Of a stretch of 64,000 nt of DNA, positions 41,821 through 51,546 are shown one piece after another. The position numbers were made by a program, and so were the translations under genes. The stretch is from Candidatus Poribacteria bacterium (GTDB lineage: Bacteria > Poribacteria > WGA-4E > WGA-3G): contig CAXXUA010000002.1 of the NCBI GenBank assembly GCA_963663765.2, positions 224,001 to 288,000 on the forward strand, written 5' to 3'. A model generated the notes under the pieces. That model did no database searches and was not told the origin of the DNA. It saw only the letters and a list, made by a program, of their open reading frames with translations. Each line of letters begins with the position of its first letter. Positions within the stretch are counted from its first letter, which is position 1.

Positions 41821-42939
41821 ATGCAAACCCATAACTATGATGTAATTGTTATCGGAGCAGGTGGAATGGGAAGTGCAACCGCATATCACCTTGCCAAATC
41901 AGGTGCGAATGTACTTGTATTAGAGCAGTTTCATCGTGGACATAAATTCGGTAGTTCGCACGGTGAAACCCGTATCATCCGCTTCTTTTATGAAAAACCA
42001 TTTTACACTGAACTGATGAAGACCGCATATCAGGAGTGGCGCGATCTTGAAGCATCGTCAGGGAAACAACTACTGTTCATTACTGGAAGCGTCAATTTAG
42101 GAAAAAGTGGTAATGAATATGTAATGTCGGTTCGGAAATGTATGGAGGCAGCTGGAATACAATCAGAATGGTGGGACGCAAATAAATTAAGACAAGAATA
42201 CCCACAGTTCAATAACACAAAGGAAATGGATATTCTATGGCAAAAAGACTCTGGATTTCTTTATGCTTCCGAATGCGTTTCAACACATATTCAGTTAGCA
42301 GAAAAACTTGGTGCAGATATTCATGACAGAACTCCTGTCACCCATATAGATTGGCAAGCAGATATACCAATCGTTCATACCATAGAAAACCAATTCCGAT
42401 GCAACAAAGTAGTAGTGACTACAGGTGCATGGACATCCTCACTACTAACTGAGCTCACAATACCCCTAACAGTAACCAAACAACAGGTGTGCTTCTACAA
42501 ACCCTTGGATACAGCGTTCAGATCAGACCAGTTCCCGGTTTTCACTGAAGTAACTGAGCACGGAGAATTCCTTTACGGCATGCCTTACTATGGAAAAAAC
42601 GGAGTAAAAGTCGCACGACACGGTAAAGGAATACGTGTTCACCCTGATAGATGCAATCGGAAACCTGATGCAGACTATATCAATCATATAGATGCTTATG
42701 TATCTGAACGTATTCCAGAACTTGGAAATTCTACTCATGCTGAAGTCTGTTTATATACCGAAACACATGATGAAGATTTCGTCATTGATAAACACCCCAA
42801 TTGTCAAAATGTCCTAATTGCAGCTGGATTTTCCGGACACGGTTTTAAGTTTTGTTCACTCGTGGGACGCATTATGTCTGAATTAACACTGACTGGTGAA
42901 TCAGCATTTGACATTAGTCCATTTCGCATTGATCGTTAG
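41821..42939 (+). CDS. Monomeric sarcosine oxidase / N-methyltryptophan oxidase (SolA) family
   Basis: VIGAGGMG, GSSHGETRIIR, VCLYT (covalent-FAD Cys), GFSGHGFKF. Confidence 0.9.
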   Translation: MQTHNYDVIVIGAGGMGSATAYHLAKSGANVLVLEQFHRGHKFGSSHGETRIIRFFYEKPFYTELMKTAYQEWRDLEASSGKQLLFITGSVNLGKSGNEYVMSVRKCMEAAGIQSEWWDANKLRQEYPQFNNTKEMDILWQKDSGFLYASECVSTHIQLAEKLGADIHDRTPVTHIDWQADIPIVHTIENQFRCNKVVVTTGAWTSSLLTELTIPLTVTKQQVCFYKPLDTAFRSDQFPVFTEVTEHGEFLYGMPYYGKNGVKVARHGKGIRVHPDRCNRKPDADYINHIDAYVSERIPELGNSTHAEVCLYTETHDEDFVIDKHPNCQNVLIAAGFSGHGFKFCSLVGRIMSELTLTGESAFDISPFRIDR

Positions 42940-43110
42940 ACTATAAGAAAGGAATCCATTTATCCAAAAGAAAGACAAGTATAATAAAACATAACCGTAG
43001 TAAAAATAATTAAAAATGATACATGTGTTGATTGTCTAATACTTACAGATATCGCTGTGGGAATCTGATGAATAGAAAGTGGTAAATCATCAAAGAAAAA
43101 GGGTTGAATA

Positions 43111-43724
43111 ATGCAAAAGGACAAGTTATATCAATTCAAATAAATCTTGTCTCATTAAGGAATTCTACTGTTTACTGGCAGGGGGTTACTCTCTTCGGTA
43201 GGAGCGACCTCCCGGTCGCGACCGGGAGGTCGCTCCTACCAGATTTCCGCTGCTAATGAGACATTATCACATGAAAATGGTATAATACCAATTCAAATAA
43301 ATCTTGTCTCATTAAGGAATTCTACTGTTTACTGGCAGGGGGTTACTCTCTTCGGTAGGAGCGACCTCCCGGTCGCGACCGGGAGGTCGCTCCTACCAGA
43401 TTTCCGCTGCTAATGAGACATTATCACATGAAAATGGTATTATTTCTAATTCTAAGTGGGTGTGCAGTTTCTATTGGTGGAATATTTTATCTAAATTTCT
43501 TAGGATTTGAAGAAACCCGGTTTCGTGTTGATGTTCCCAGTTGACCAGGACCAAGTTGGGAAAAGCACAGTAAAGTTTTTGTAGCAGAATTAATCAATGT
43601 ATTTCTAAGTTTGATAGACTGAATAATACTTATTGGAATTGTCATCATTGTTGTCTTAATAGTTCTTAAGGTGGATCAAGCACTTATCGGTTCTTTTGTT
43701 CAACGAAAAAAACCTACTCCGTAA
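43111..43724 (+). pseudogene. Decayed small membrane-protein gene split by the F tandem element
   Basis: Removing F restores MQKDKLFLILSGCAVSIGGIFYLNFLG...; in-frame TGA at 43542 and 43620; ends TAA at 43722. Confidence 0.55.
43129..43439. mobile_element. Tandem pair of 154-bp MITE F units with TWA junctions, each carrying a perfect 44-bp REP palindrome
   Basis: TTA|F1 43129-43282|TAA|F2 43286-43439|TTA; period 157; TGTCTCATTA/TAATGAGACA subterminal IR; palindromes at 43197-43240 and 43354-43397. Confidence 0.85.
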
Positions 43725-43736
43725 GTACAGATATGA

Positions 43737-44105
43737 TTATATGTTTGTATCTAACAATATTCCATCCTTTATTAGCAACTGCATTTGACTTTGATTAATA
43801 AATGTAGGATTTTCGCTTTTCCTTTCAAATTGCATTAGATTTGTTATTCCTGATATGCCATCTAACGTATCATTTGTTTCAGATCGATTTTTCTCACGTG
43901 GTTTTTGCTCAATAGTGTCTTTTGTTTTGATTTTAGACATTTCTGAAGTTTTTTCCAAGTGTTCTACGCCAACGTTTCTATCAGTATATTGTTCATCTAT
44001 GGAAGCCATGACACTGTGAAACCAAAAATAGCATCCCAGTGTGAAAACGATGAGGAAACAGGTACCACCAATTATCCAGTTTTCTACGGAAAATTCTTTA
44101 AACAT
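43737..44105 (-). CDS. Hypothetical protein with an N-terminal TM anchor
   Basis: MFKEFSVENWIIGGTCFLIVFTLGCYFWF; GGAG RBS. Confidence 0.6.
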   Translation of the reverse strand: MFKEFSVENWIIGGTCFLIVFTLGCYFWFHSVMASIDEQYTDRNVGVEHLEKTSEMSKIKTKDTIEQKPREKNRSETNDTLDGISGITNLMQFERKSENPTFINQSQMQLLIKDGILLDTNI

Positions 44106-44523
44106 TTTTTCTCCCTTATATTTCCTTTGTCCATTTAGCATCTACGTGGTATTTCATATAATCTTGGATTTTCTCGGTTACAGAATTAGACACTCTGGTA
44201 AACAGATTGTTCTAAATAATTCAACCATCAATCTCAATTAACAATCAGACTTCAATAAATATTCACAACTAATAATACCTTTCTGTTATTAAAGAGACAA
44301 TAATAGCCAAAAAGGTTGCACTTTTTTCAAAAAAAATGCATTTATTTTGATTAACATCAATTATTACTTGTACTCAGACATAAGATCATGTAGGTAATGT
44401 CATGCTCTTGAAATATTTCCAACTTATTGGACATCAGTTTTGTACTCCGAGAATCTATTAAAATGAAGAAATGAATCCCTGTTCATTGCAAACAGGAACG
44501 TTACTTTACAATCTCATGTTTAC

Positions 44524-45036
44524 GGGTGTGTAAAGTTTTTGCACAGAGGTACTAACTTTTGTTCTCTTTAGTCCCGTAGGGACGCAATGTTTATAGAAAG
44601 ACGTTATCACATCCCTCTCTTTAGTTCCGTAGGAACGATATAGAAGGATAAACATATCGTCCCTATGGGACTGAAGAATATGGTTAATATTAACAATATT
44701 TCTTTATATTGACACCTAATGAGGTTTGACAATCAAAATCGGTAGTTGAATTCGTAGGGGTTGGGTTCCCCAACCCGTTGGTTTTTGAGTTTGCGTAGAA
44801 CATGTGTGGAAACCACGTCCCTACGAATACACAACTTGAACGTCAAAACTCATTAGGACTCTGTGTCCGCAATCTCTCATTTAATCAGTTGCGGCGGGGC
44901 ACAGAGACCCGGGGAATGCCAAAATGGCATTCATACCCGGGGAATGCCAAAAGGCATTCATACCGTTGATTTCTTGATTACTTGATTTCGCCCTACAATG
45001 GAGAGTGGGATGTTTGTGCAAAAACTTTACACACCC
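44524..45036. mobile_element. Composite MITE A2 containing element E (44715-44857) and a hairpin insert (44910-44988)
   Basis: TIR GGGTGTGTAAAGTTTTTGCACA; TCATGTTTAC duplicated at 44514-23 and 45037-46; inner TIR CCTAATGAG.TTTGAC; near-identical to A3. Confidence 0.85.
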
Positions 45037-45096
45037 TCATGTTTACATGTTTACTGAACGCTTGAAATTTTGACAAAAATACTGTAAACTAAATAT

Positions 45097-46461
45097 ATGG
45101 GACAATTGAGTATCATCCTAATTGCAGGTTTCTTATGTCTTTTTGCCTATGAAATACCTGAAGACATTGAAGAGATAAATACTGTGCAGACGCTTCTCTG
45201 GACTCTTCTTCTGACACTGGGTCCAGTATTGATAGCATATATTGTTACAAGTGTTGTTCCAAGAGTGCTTAAAGCTTACAAAATAATAACAGGCAAAGTT
45301 TTTTCTGATCTCGGAATATACCGTTTTGCTATAGAGTTGTTGTGTTTGGGCGGATTCATAATTAATCTTTTCATACTTGACCTGCCATTATACGTCCACC
45401 TGCATCTATTATTTTTTCCATTATATGAACTACGTCAAAGTTTATCAATAATTCCACTTATAATCAGTTTAATTGGTGTTCGTTTGGTATTTCACCAATT
45501 GAATCGTAGCAGTGGTATTCGTTATAGAGACCTTATTTCATTTCACTTGAAATTCCTGCTCATTCCACTCGTACCATTGCTAATTTATCTAACGACACTT
45601 GATGTATTGGTAAGACTTCCGGAGAATGTATTGGAGTTTCTTGGGGAACATTCCTATCTATTGTTCGGATTACTGGTTCCGGTGTTAGCGGGTGCATATA
45701 TTTTTGCACCATTGCTGATGCAGTTTATGTGGAAGACAACACCATTGAAGGATGTTGTGTTACGGGAGAAGTTGGAGAAATTGACAGAAAAGAGTAAGAC
45801 GAAATACAAAGATATTGCTGTTTGGCAAACAGGTTCTTTATTAATTGCAAATGCTGCTGTGGCGGGGACACTTCACTGGAATAGGCGTATCTTTCTCACG
45901 GACGCTCTACTACAATACTTTTCGGATGACCAAATAGAAACTATCGTCGCACACGAACTTGGACACATCCGTTATAGACATATTCCTACTTATGTTCTAT
46001 TTTCTCTATTGTACTTACTCAGTTATCCTCTTTTTTCTGTTTTTATAGAGCAACCGTTTTTGAGACTCTTTCCAGAAAATCTTGTTGAGAATTATCCAAT
46101 CGTAACTTCAATTGGTACTCTGATATTTTTTATATTGTATTTTATCTTTGGATTTAGATATGTTTCGCGGCGATTTGAACACCAAGCTGATTTATATGCA
46201 GTTTCTTTGACAAACAAACCTGAGGTGTTTATTTCTGCATTAGAACGATTAGCTATATTCAATAGCATTCCTATAACAGTTCGTCGGATTATTGAACTCT
46301 TCAATACACACCCTTCTATCCATAGACGCGTTGACTTTATAAGACGGCACATTAAAGGCGATGAATTAATTGCTCGTTACCAAAACTACCTGCTTGAAGC
46401 GAAGATTTTAGTCTTATTACTACCTATATTCTTAGCAGTAGTCCTTATTCTATTCTTATAA
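45097..46461 (+). CDS. M48 (HtpX/Ste24) membrane zinc metalloprotease
   Basis: ANA, AHELGH, RRFEHQAD, THPS, multiple TM segments. Confidence 0.9.
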   Translation: MGQLSIILIAGFLCLFAYEIPEDIEEINTVQTLLWTLLLTLGPVLIAYIVTSVVPRVLKAYKIITGKVFSDLGIYRFAIELLCLGGFIINLFILDLPLYVHLHLLFFPLYELRQSLSIIPLIISLIGVRLVFHQLNRSSGIRYRDLISFHLKFLLIPLVPLLIYLTTLDVLVRLPENVLEFLGEHSYLLFGLLVPVLAGAYIFAPLLMQFMWKTTPLKDVVLREKLEKLTEKSKTKYKDIAVWQTGSLLIANAAVAGTLHWNRRIFLTDALLQYFSDDQIETIVAHELGHIRYRHIPTYVLFSLLYLLSYPLFSVFIEQPFLRLFPENLVENYPIVTSIGTLIFFILYFIFGFRYVSRRFEHQADLYAVSLTNKPEVFISALERLAIFNSIPITVRRIIELFNTHPSIHRRVDFIRRHIKGDELIARYQNYLLEAKILVLLLPIFLAVVLILFL

Positions 46462-46474
46462 ATTCAGATTCCAT

Positions 46475-46786
46475 CTATTCAGGTTCAAGTACAAATTTCA
46501 ATTTGTCAATTGCACGATTGATTGGCAATTCGTAAAATTTTTGTAGTACCCGCAGCTCATTAGCTATGTCAAAAGCTACAAGTATTGGAATCCTTGATTC
46601 ATCATAACCCTTTTGCCGAAAACTCTCTATCCTGCTTTTTACATAAGTAACCAAGACATCAATATCCTCTGCAGTCAAGTCCTCAGTGGGTTTAATAGAA
46701 TAAGGGATACCTAATATTACAAAACGGATAGTAGACATATCTGAATCATCTTGTATTTCTTCTTCTGTCCGTTGTTCTTCTTGCAT
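46475..46786 (-). CDS. zapA: Cell division protein ZapA-like
   Basis: ILGIPYSIK...LVTYVKSRI...ILVAFDIANEL pattern, 103 aa. Confidence 0.65.
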   Translation of the reverse strand: MQEEQRTEEEIQDDSDMSTIRFVILGIPYSIKPTEDLTAEDIDVLVTYVKSRIESFRQKGYDESRIPILVAFDIANELRVLQKFYELPINRAIDKLKFVLEPE

Positions 46787-46890
46787 GCTTGTTCCTTTCA
46801 GTTATATTTCAATACTACGCCACTGCGTCTTGATTGCAAACTATGGTATTTCTAATTTAGTGAAAAAGTCATATATTTATTATTATTTAT

Positions 46891-47772
46891 TCACAAGAGT
46901 GCTTGTTGCATCGTTTCTACACACGGGGTTACACCTGTCCAACGTTCAAAGGCAATCACTCCTTGATGTACCAACATTCCGAGTCCACCCACGATGTGAC
47001 ATTGTTTTTCTGCAGCTACAGTTAATAACGTTGTCATTGGCGGAGTATATACAATATCATAAACAATAGTCTCCGATTGTAACCATTCCGGATTAATTAT
47101 CAATGGTAAAGAAGCATCCATGCTTGATGATGAAGTATTTACAAGTAAAGCACAGTTCTTAACTGCATTAGGTAATCGCGTATCTTGTAGACCCATACCA
47201 GTGAGTAAGGTCTTTTGTCCAACGTTGTTTCTAAGTGTATATGTTTTTTCAGATAGTTCTTCTGCTAACGAAATTGCTTTTGATAATGTTCGGTTTGCAA
47301 TCACAACTGAACGTACACCCGCAAATACCAATGCAACTACAATTGCCCGTGCTGACCCACCAGCACCTAATACAACAACATCCTTTCCAACTGGCACGGA
47401 TGCACCTGTTTCTTCTAATGCTCTTATGAAGCCTGGGGCATCTGTATTTTCACCATGTATCTTTCCTTCAGAAAAAGTTAGTGTGTTTACAGCACCTATG
47501 AGTTCTGCTTCCTGTGAGATAGATGAGAGAAATGGTATCACTGCTTGTTTGTGGGGAAGCGTAACATTTATACCGACAACGTTTAGTGCCTTAAATCCAT
47601 TCATTGCATCAGCAACTGCATGTTCTGATACGTTGAACGGTACATATACAAAATCGAGTCCTGCTTTTGCGAGTGCAGCATTATGCATCTGAGGTGAACG
47701 ACTGTGCTCAACTGGTGCACCGATGACACCGACAATGCAAGTACTTCCAGTGATAATATGTGACTTGTCCAT
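46891..47772 (-). CDS. aroE: Shikimate dehydrogenase
   Basis: HSRSPQMHN, NVTLPHK, GAVNT, NTD, LGAGGSAR, GMLVHQG. Confidence 0.95.
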   Translation of the reverse strand: MDKSHIITGSTCIVGVIGAPVEHSRSPQMHNAALAKAGLDFVYVPFNVSEHAVADAMNGFKALNVVGINVTLPHKQAVIPFLSSISQEAELIGAVNTLTFSEGKIHGENTDAPGFIRALEETGASVPVGKDVVVLGAGGSARAIVVALVFAGVRSVVIANRTLSKAISLAEELSEKTYTLRNNVGQKTLLTGMGLQDTRLPNAVKNCALLVNTSSSSMDASLPLIINPEWLQSETIVYDIVYTPPMTTLLTVAAEKQCHIVGGLGMLVHQGVIAFERWTGVTPCVETMQQALL

Positions 47773-47855
47773 TTGACAGATTGGAACTCTTTCAATTCTT
47801 ATTTTGATAAACTAATTATGTATTGCACATGAATAGAGTTTTTGAATTGTATTTA

Positions 47856-50800
47856 TTATGTCAACAATTTTTCAACTGTAGTTTTCGCTTCATCCATCGT
47901 CGGATAGCGAATTTCTCTATATCCACGTACGTTTTCAACACATTCTAAAGCTTTCACATGCTTTGAATAACTATCGTCGTCTGTAGGAGAAAATGTATCA
48001 ATTACTTCACGGATATACCATTCACGAAATTCTTTCTCTTTTGCATGCCATTTGGACAACCATCGTCGCAAAAACTTCATCCGTTTCATCAAGTGAAGCA
48101 TCCAATTACGTGCGTTCATGTCATGTTCAATTTCAAAACCCATCACGGTGAAATGTGGACGATTGAGATGTAGGTATTTGATTTTATCACCGTTTTTCTC
48201 ATCAACATTGTAACGAATTTTGTCCCGTGCAAGTTTTTCTTTGCTTGTCAATAGATGAGAAACATATACCTCATCCTTAATCAACATTACTTTATGTAAG
48301 TATTTTATTGCTGCTTTTGTAGCACGCAAATTATGGGAATCCTTTTCATATATCTGCTCAATTTTTTCAATATATCTTTGTGCATATTTTATATCTTCAA
48401 ACTGGATTAAGTCATAAACGTAGATTGCGAATAATCTGTTTGTGGCTTCGTCAAGACCGAGTCTTTTTACTGAATCTTCAACTATATTTTTGTATGTATT
48501 TGCGATTCTTTTTCCACGAGATTTTTCTGATAGGATAGTTCTTTTTTCTTCCAAAGTTTCCTCATAAGTCTTATTAGGAATATCGGAAAAATATTCTAAT
48601 GTTGCTTTTTCATTATTTTCGTTAATTGCAAGACGTCTACCAATCTCAAAAGCATTCATATTCTGTTCTAAATCTGAACGTTTCACCATTTGCTTCATTG
48701 CCAGTTGCATAGGTTTCAGTTCAATGGGGATCATTCCACGTTGGAATGCTACTCCCAATATCATAATATTTGCGTATAACTTAGTCCCAAACAATTGTTC
48801 TGATATATCAAATAGATTTATTCCCACATACTCATTTGTATTCTGTTGAATAGTGCTTTCCAACGAATCGGTTTCAAAACTATCTTTCCCGATGAGCGTA
48901 GACATCGTCTCATTTTTAGCAGTATTTACAACTGCATTTGTTCGTTTCATTGATGCAACTCGGAAAACAGAATCTGCAGAAATTCCTCTGACGGTTTCTA
49001 ATATATCAAGTCCTAACACCAAATCTGCTTTCCCATAAGGAATAATTGGAGATATCTTAGCATCTTTATGCGTGTAAGTAACGTGTGTATAGACCCCACC
49101 ATTGCGAATTGCTAACCCTTTCCTATCACAGAAATGAATTTCATAGCCTTGGATAAAGCCTGCAACTACGAGGATTTTTGAAATTGTTCCAATTCCCATA
49201 CCCCCAACTCCTGCAGCATAAACACTCCAAACCTTGTCAATGTTTCTTGGAGGCGGTGGTGGCAAAGGTTGACCACCATCCAAACCAATCTGCGCTAACA
49301 ATTTAGTCAATCCTGTTTCTTCCCAACTTTCATTTGATGCGTTACTTTTATCCGTGGGTTCTTCACTCAGCTGAATTGTTTGTGAACGTGGGGGACGTTT
49401 CCGTGTAACAACAACTTCTTCAAAGGATGGACAAGCATATTTAATCCTTGCACAAGCACCATCGGTAACACAGTTAGAACGGTCAATAGCAATTTTGTCA
49501 CCATAATCAGTATCAATGATTTTTAAGGCAGGGCAGCCGGTGGATTTTGTGCATTCTAAACAGAACTCACATACTTCTGGAGTAATGTTTATGTGTTTTT
49601 CTACCTTTAAAAAACCGTTTTTTTCTTTTATTGCTTGCTGCTCTCGTCTAAGCCGTCTGTGGAAAGTTATAGCACATTCTTTATCTGCTATAATAATTTT
49701 TACACCAGATTTTAAGATGGTTTTCTCAAGATATTTTTTATAGTTTACACGTTCTTCGGGATTAACCCTAACAATTGTGATTTCAGATTTCCCTGCTAAA
49801 CCTTGTGCAACTGTTTCAATATCCTGAGCAAACGTTGGATTTCCAAGAATATCCAATCCACCTGCAGGTGTCGGCTGGTGTCCTGTCATTGCTGTTGTTT
49901 GGTTATCTAATATAATGTAAGTTATATCTTGGTCATTTTTTATAGAATCGGAGATTGCTGACATTCCACCGTGGAAAAAGGTGGAATCCCCCATGAAAAC
50001 AATCTGTTTGTTGACAATGAATGGGTCAATTCCAGCACCTGCACCACCACCCAACGTCATCGCAGATAGATTATGCATCAAGCGCGGAAAGGGTTCATAC
50101 TTGAGCATTGAATAGCAACCAATATCACCATGAAAAACAAGATCCACTGGAGAAGACTTGTGGTGTTTTTCCATATAGTCTTCATCCAAGAAATGATCCG
50201 TTATTTCAAGTAGAACACTAGATGAATCTCTGTGTGGACAACCAGGACAGAAGGTAGGTGTACGTGTAGGAATGTCGGTCTTTATTTCAGCTACTTCTTG
50301 TTGTAACGCTGCTTCCTGCGAAAAAAGTTGGATATCAACAGGGGCAGTTGAAGTATAATTTCCGTTGTTTGATTTTTCTGTAAAGAGAGGTATAAGTCGT
50401 TGGATAAGAATTGAAGTATCTAATCCTGCTTCAATTGGTATACCGGACAATCCATTAGGGAACTGTTTACCCCACACATTTATATACTTCTTCAGTTTAC
50501 CTTCTTGAAACTTCTGTGTCAAATATGCCTTAATTTCATTTTCAAGGATTGGACGTTTCTCTTCAATAACAAATAATTCATCCAACTCTTGTGCAAACTC
50601 ATGAATTATATCTGTATCAAGCGGATGTGTCATACCGAGTTTCAAGATAGGAATACTGCCACTGATGTTTAATTCTGTTAGTGCATGTTCCAAATAGCAG
50701 TAACTAAATCCAGATGTAATAAACCCAATTTTCAAATTGCCGTTGTTTGTTGTGAAGTTTTCTTTGTTAGTTGTAGAATAAAGTATTTTGTTTAGACCTA

Positions 50801-51521
50801 ATCGTTTTGCTGTTTCAAGTGCGTTTGGGAGTCTTTCTTGAAGGGTTTCTATCTCAATTCGAGCAGTATCTGGTGGTAAGACCACGCGTTGCTCAGTAGA
50901 AATGAGTGTCGTATCTAATTCAGTTTGATCTATGTGACTAATTGAAGAATATTGATTTGGGTTTAATTCAACATTGCCACCACCATCTGCTTGATTCTGC
51001 GTTATTAAAAAGCATGAGTATAGATTTGCTTTTGTGGAGACTTCAAATGCAACATTTATCCAATTTTTTATCTCTTGCCAGGTCGCAGGTTCTATGAGTG
51101 GCATGTAAAGGTGACGTGCCAAAATACGTGAATCTGCAGGAACTTGTGTACTATATGACCATGTATCATCTCCAACTACGACAACGGCGCCACCTGTTGT
51201 ACCAGCAAGATTGCTAATAGCAAGAGCATCAGAAGCAACATGCATGCCGACACTTTTCATAAACGAGATTGCACGTAAATCTGCCATTTGTGAACCGTTT
51301 AAACGTGCAACACTCAATGCTTCATTGTTTGCTATTTGTGCGACAATTCCGTTTGATTTAAGGAGTTCCGCATTTCGTTGTAGAACGTCAAACACCTCAG
51401 CAAGAGGAGAACCGGGATAACCCGTCAATAGGCTAACACCGCTCTCCAATGCGCCTTTAACAAGTAACTCACAACCGGTAAAAACGTTGGTACCGTTTGA
51501 TTGTATAAACCTTTCATCCAT
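47856..51521 (-). CDS. Fused indolepyruvate:ferredoxin oxidoreductase (alpha+beta)
   Basis: GYPGSP, FCPGCPH, GDIGCY, GDSTFFHGG (TPP), CEFCLEC..GCP, GVGGMG, IKDEVYV. Confidence 0.88.
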   Translation of the reverse strand: MDERFIQSNGTNVFTGCELLVKGALESGVSLLTGYPGSPLAEVFDVLQRNAELLKSNGIVAQIANNEALSVARLNGSQMADLRAISFMKSVGMHVASDALAISNLAGTTGGAVVVVGDDTWSYSTQVPADSRILARHLYMPLIEPATWQEIKNWINVAFEVSTKANLYSCFLITQNQADGGGNVELNPNQYSSISHIDQTELDTTLISTEQRVVLPPDTARIEIETLQERLPNALETAKRLGLNKILYSTTNKENFTTNNGNLKIGFITSGFSYCYLEHALTELNISGSIPILKLGMTHPLDTDIIHEFAQELDELFVIEEKRPILENEIKAYLTQKFQEGKLKKYINVWGKQFPNGLSGIPIEAGLDTSILIQRLIPLFTEKSNNGNYTSTAPVDIQLFSQEAALQQEVAEIKTDIPTRTPTFCPGCPHRDSSSVLLEITDHFLDEDYMEKHHKSSPVDLVFHGDIGCYSMLKYEPFPRLMHNLSAMTLGGGAGAGIDPFIVNKQIVFMGDSTFFHGGMSAISDSIKNDQDITYIILDNQTTAMTGHQPTPAGGLDILGNPTFAQDIETVAQGLAGKSEITIVRVNPEERVNYKKYLEKTILKSGVKIIIADKECAITFHRRLRREQQAIKEKNGFLKVEKHINITPEVCEFCLECTKSTGCPALKIIDTDYGDKIAIDRSNCVTDGACARIKYACPSFEEVVVTRKRPPRSQTIQLSEEPTDKSNASNESWEETGLTKLLAQIGLDGGQPLPPPPPRNIDKVWSVYAAGVGGMGIGTISKILVVAGFIQGYEIHFCDRKGLAIRNGGVYTHVTYTHKDAKISPIIPYGKADLVLGLDILETVRGISADSVFRVASMKRTNAVVNTAKNETMSTLIGKDSFETDSLESTIQQNTNEYVGINLFDISEQLFGTKLYANIMILGVAFQRGMIPIELKPMQLAMKQMVKRSDLEQNMNAFEIGRRLAINENNEKATLEYFSDIPNKTYEETLEEKRTILSEKSRGKRIANTYKNIVEDSVKRLGLDEATNRLFAIYVYDLIQFEDIKYAQRYIEKIEQIYEKDSHNLRATKAAIKYLHKVMLIKDEVYVSHLLTSKEKLARDKIRYNVDEKNGDKIKYLHLNRPHFTVMGFEIEHDMNARNWMLHLMKRMKFLRRWLSKWHAKEKEFREWYIREVIDTFSPTDDDSYSKHVKALECVENVRGYREIRYPTMDEAKTTVEKLLT

Positions 51522-51546
51522 AATATAGATGATCCTTTAAATGGTA

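Noticed and set aside
43542-43622. Two in-frame TGAs as further selenocysteine codons
   Set aside because: No redox-motif context, no comparable downstream hairpin, and the gene is already disrupted by the F insertion.
46462-46890. 6S RNA next to zapA
   Set aside because: Only 13 bp separate zapA from the convergent gene, and the upstream gap shows no long hairpin.
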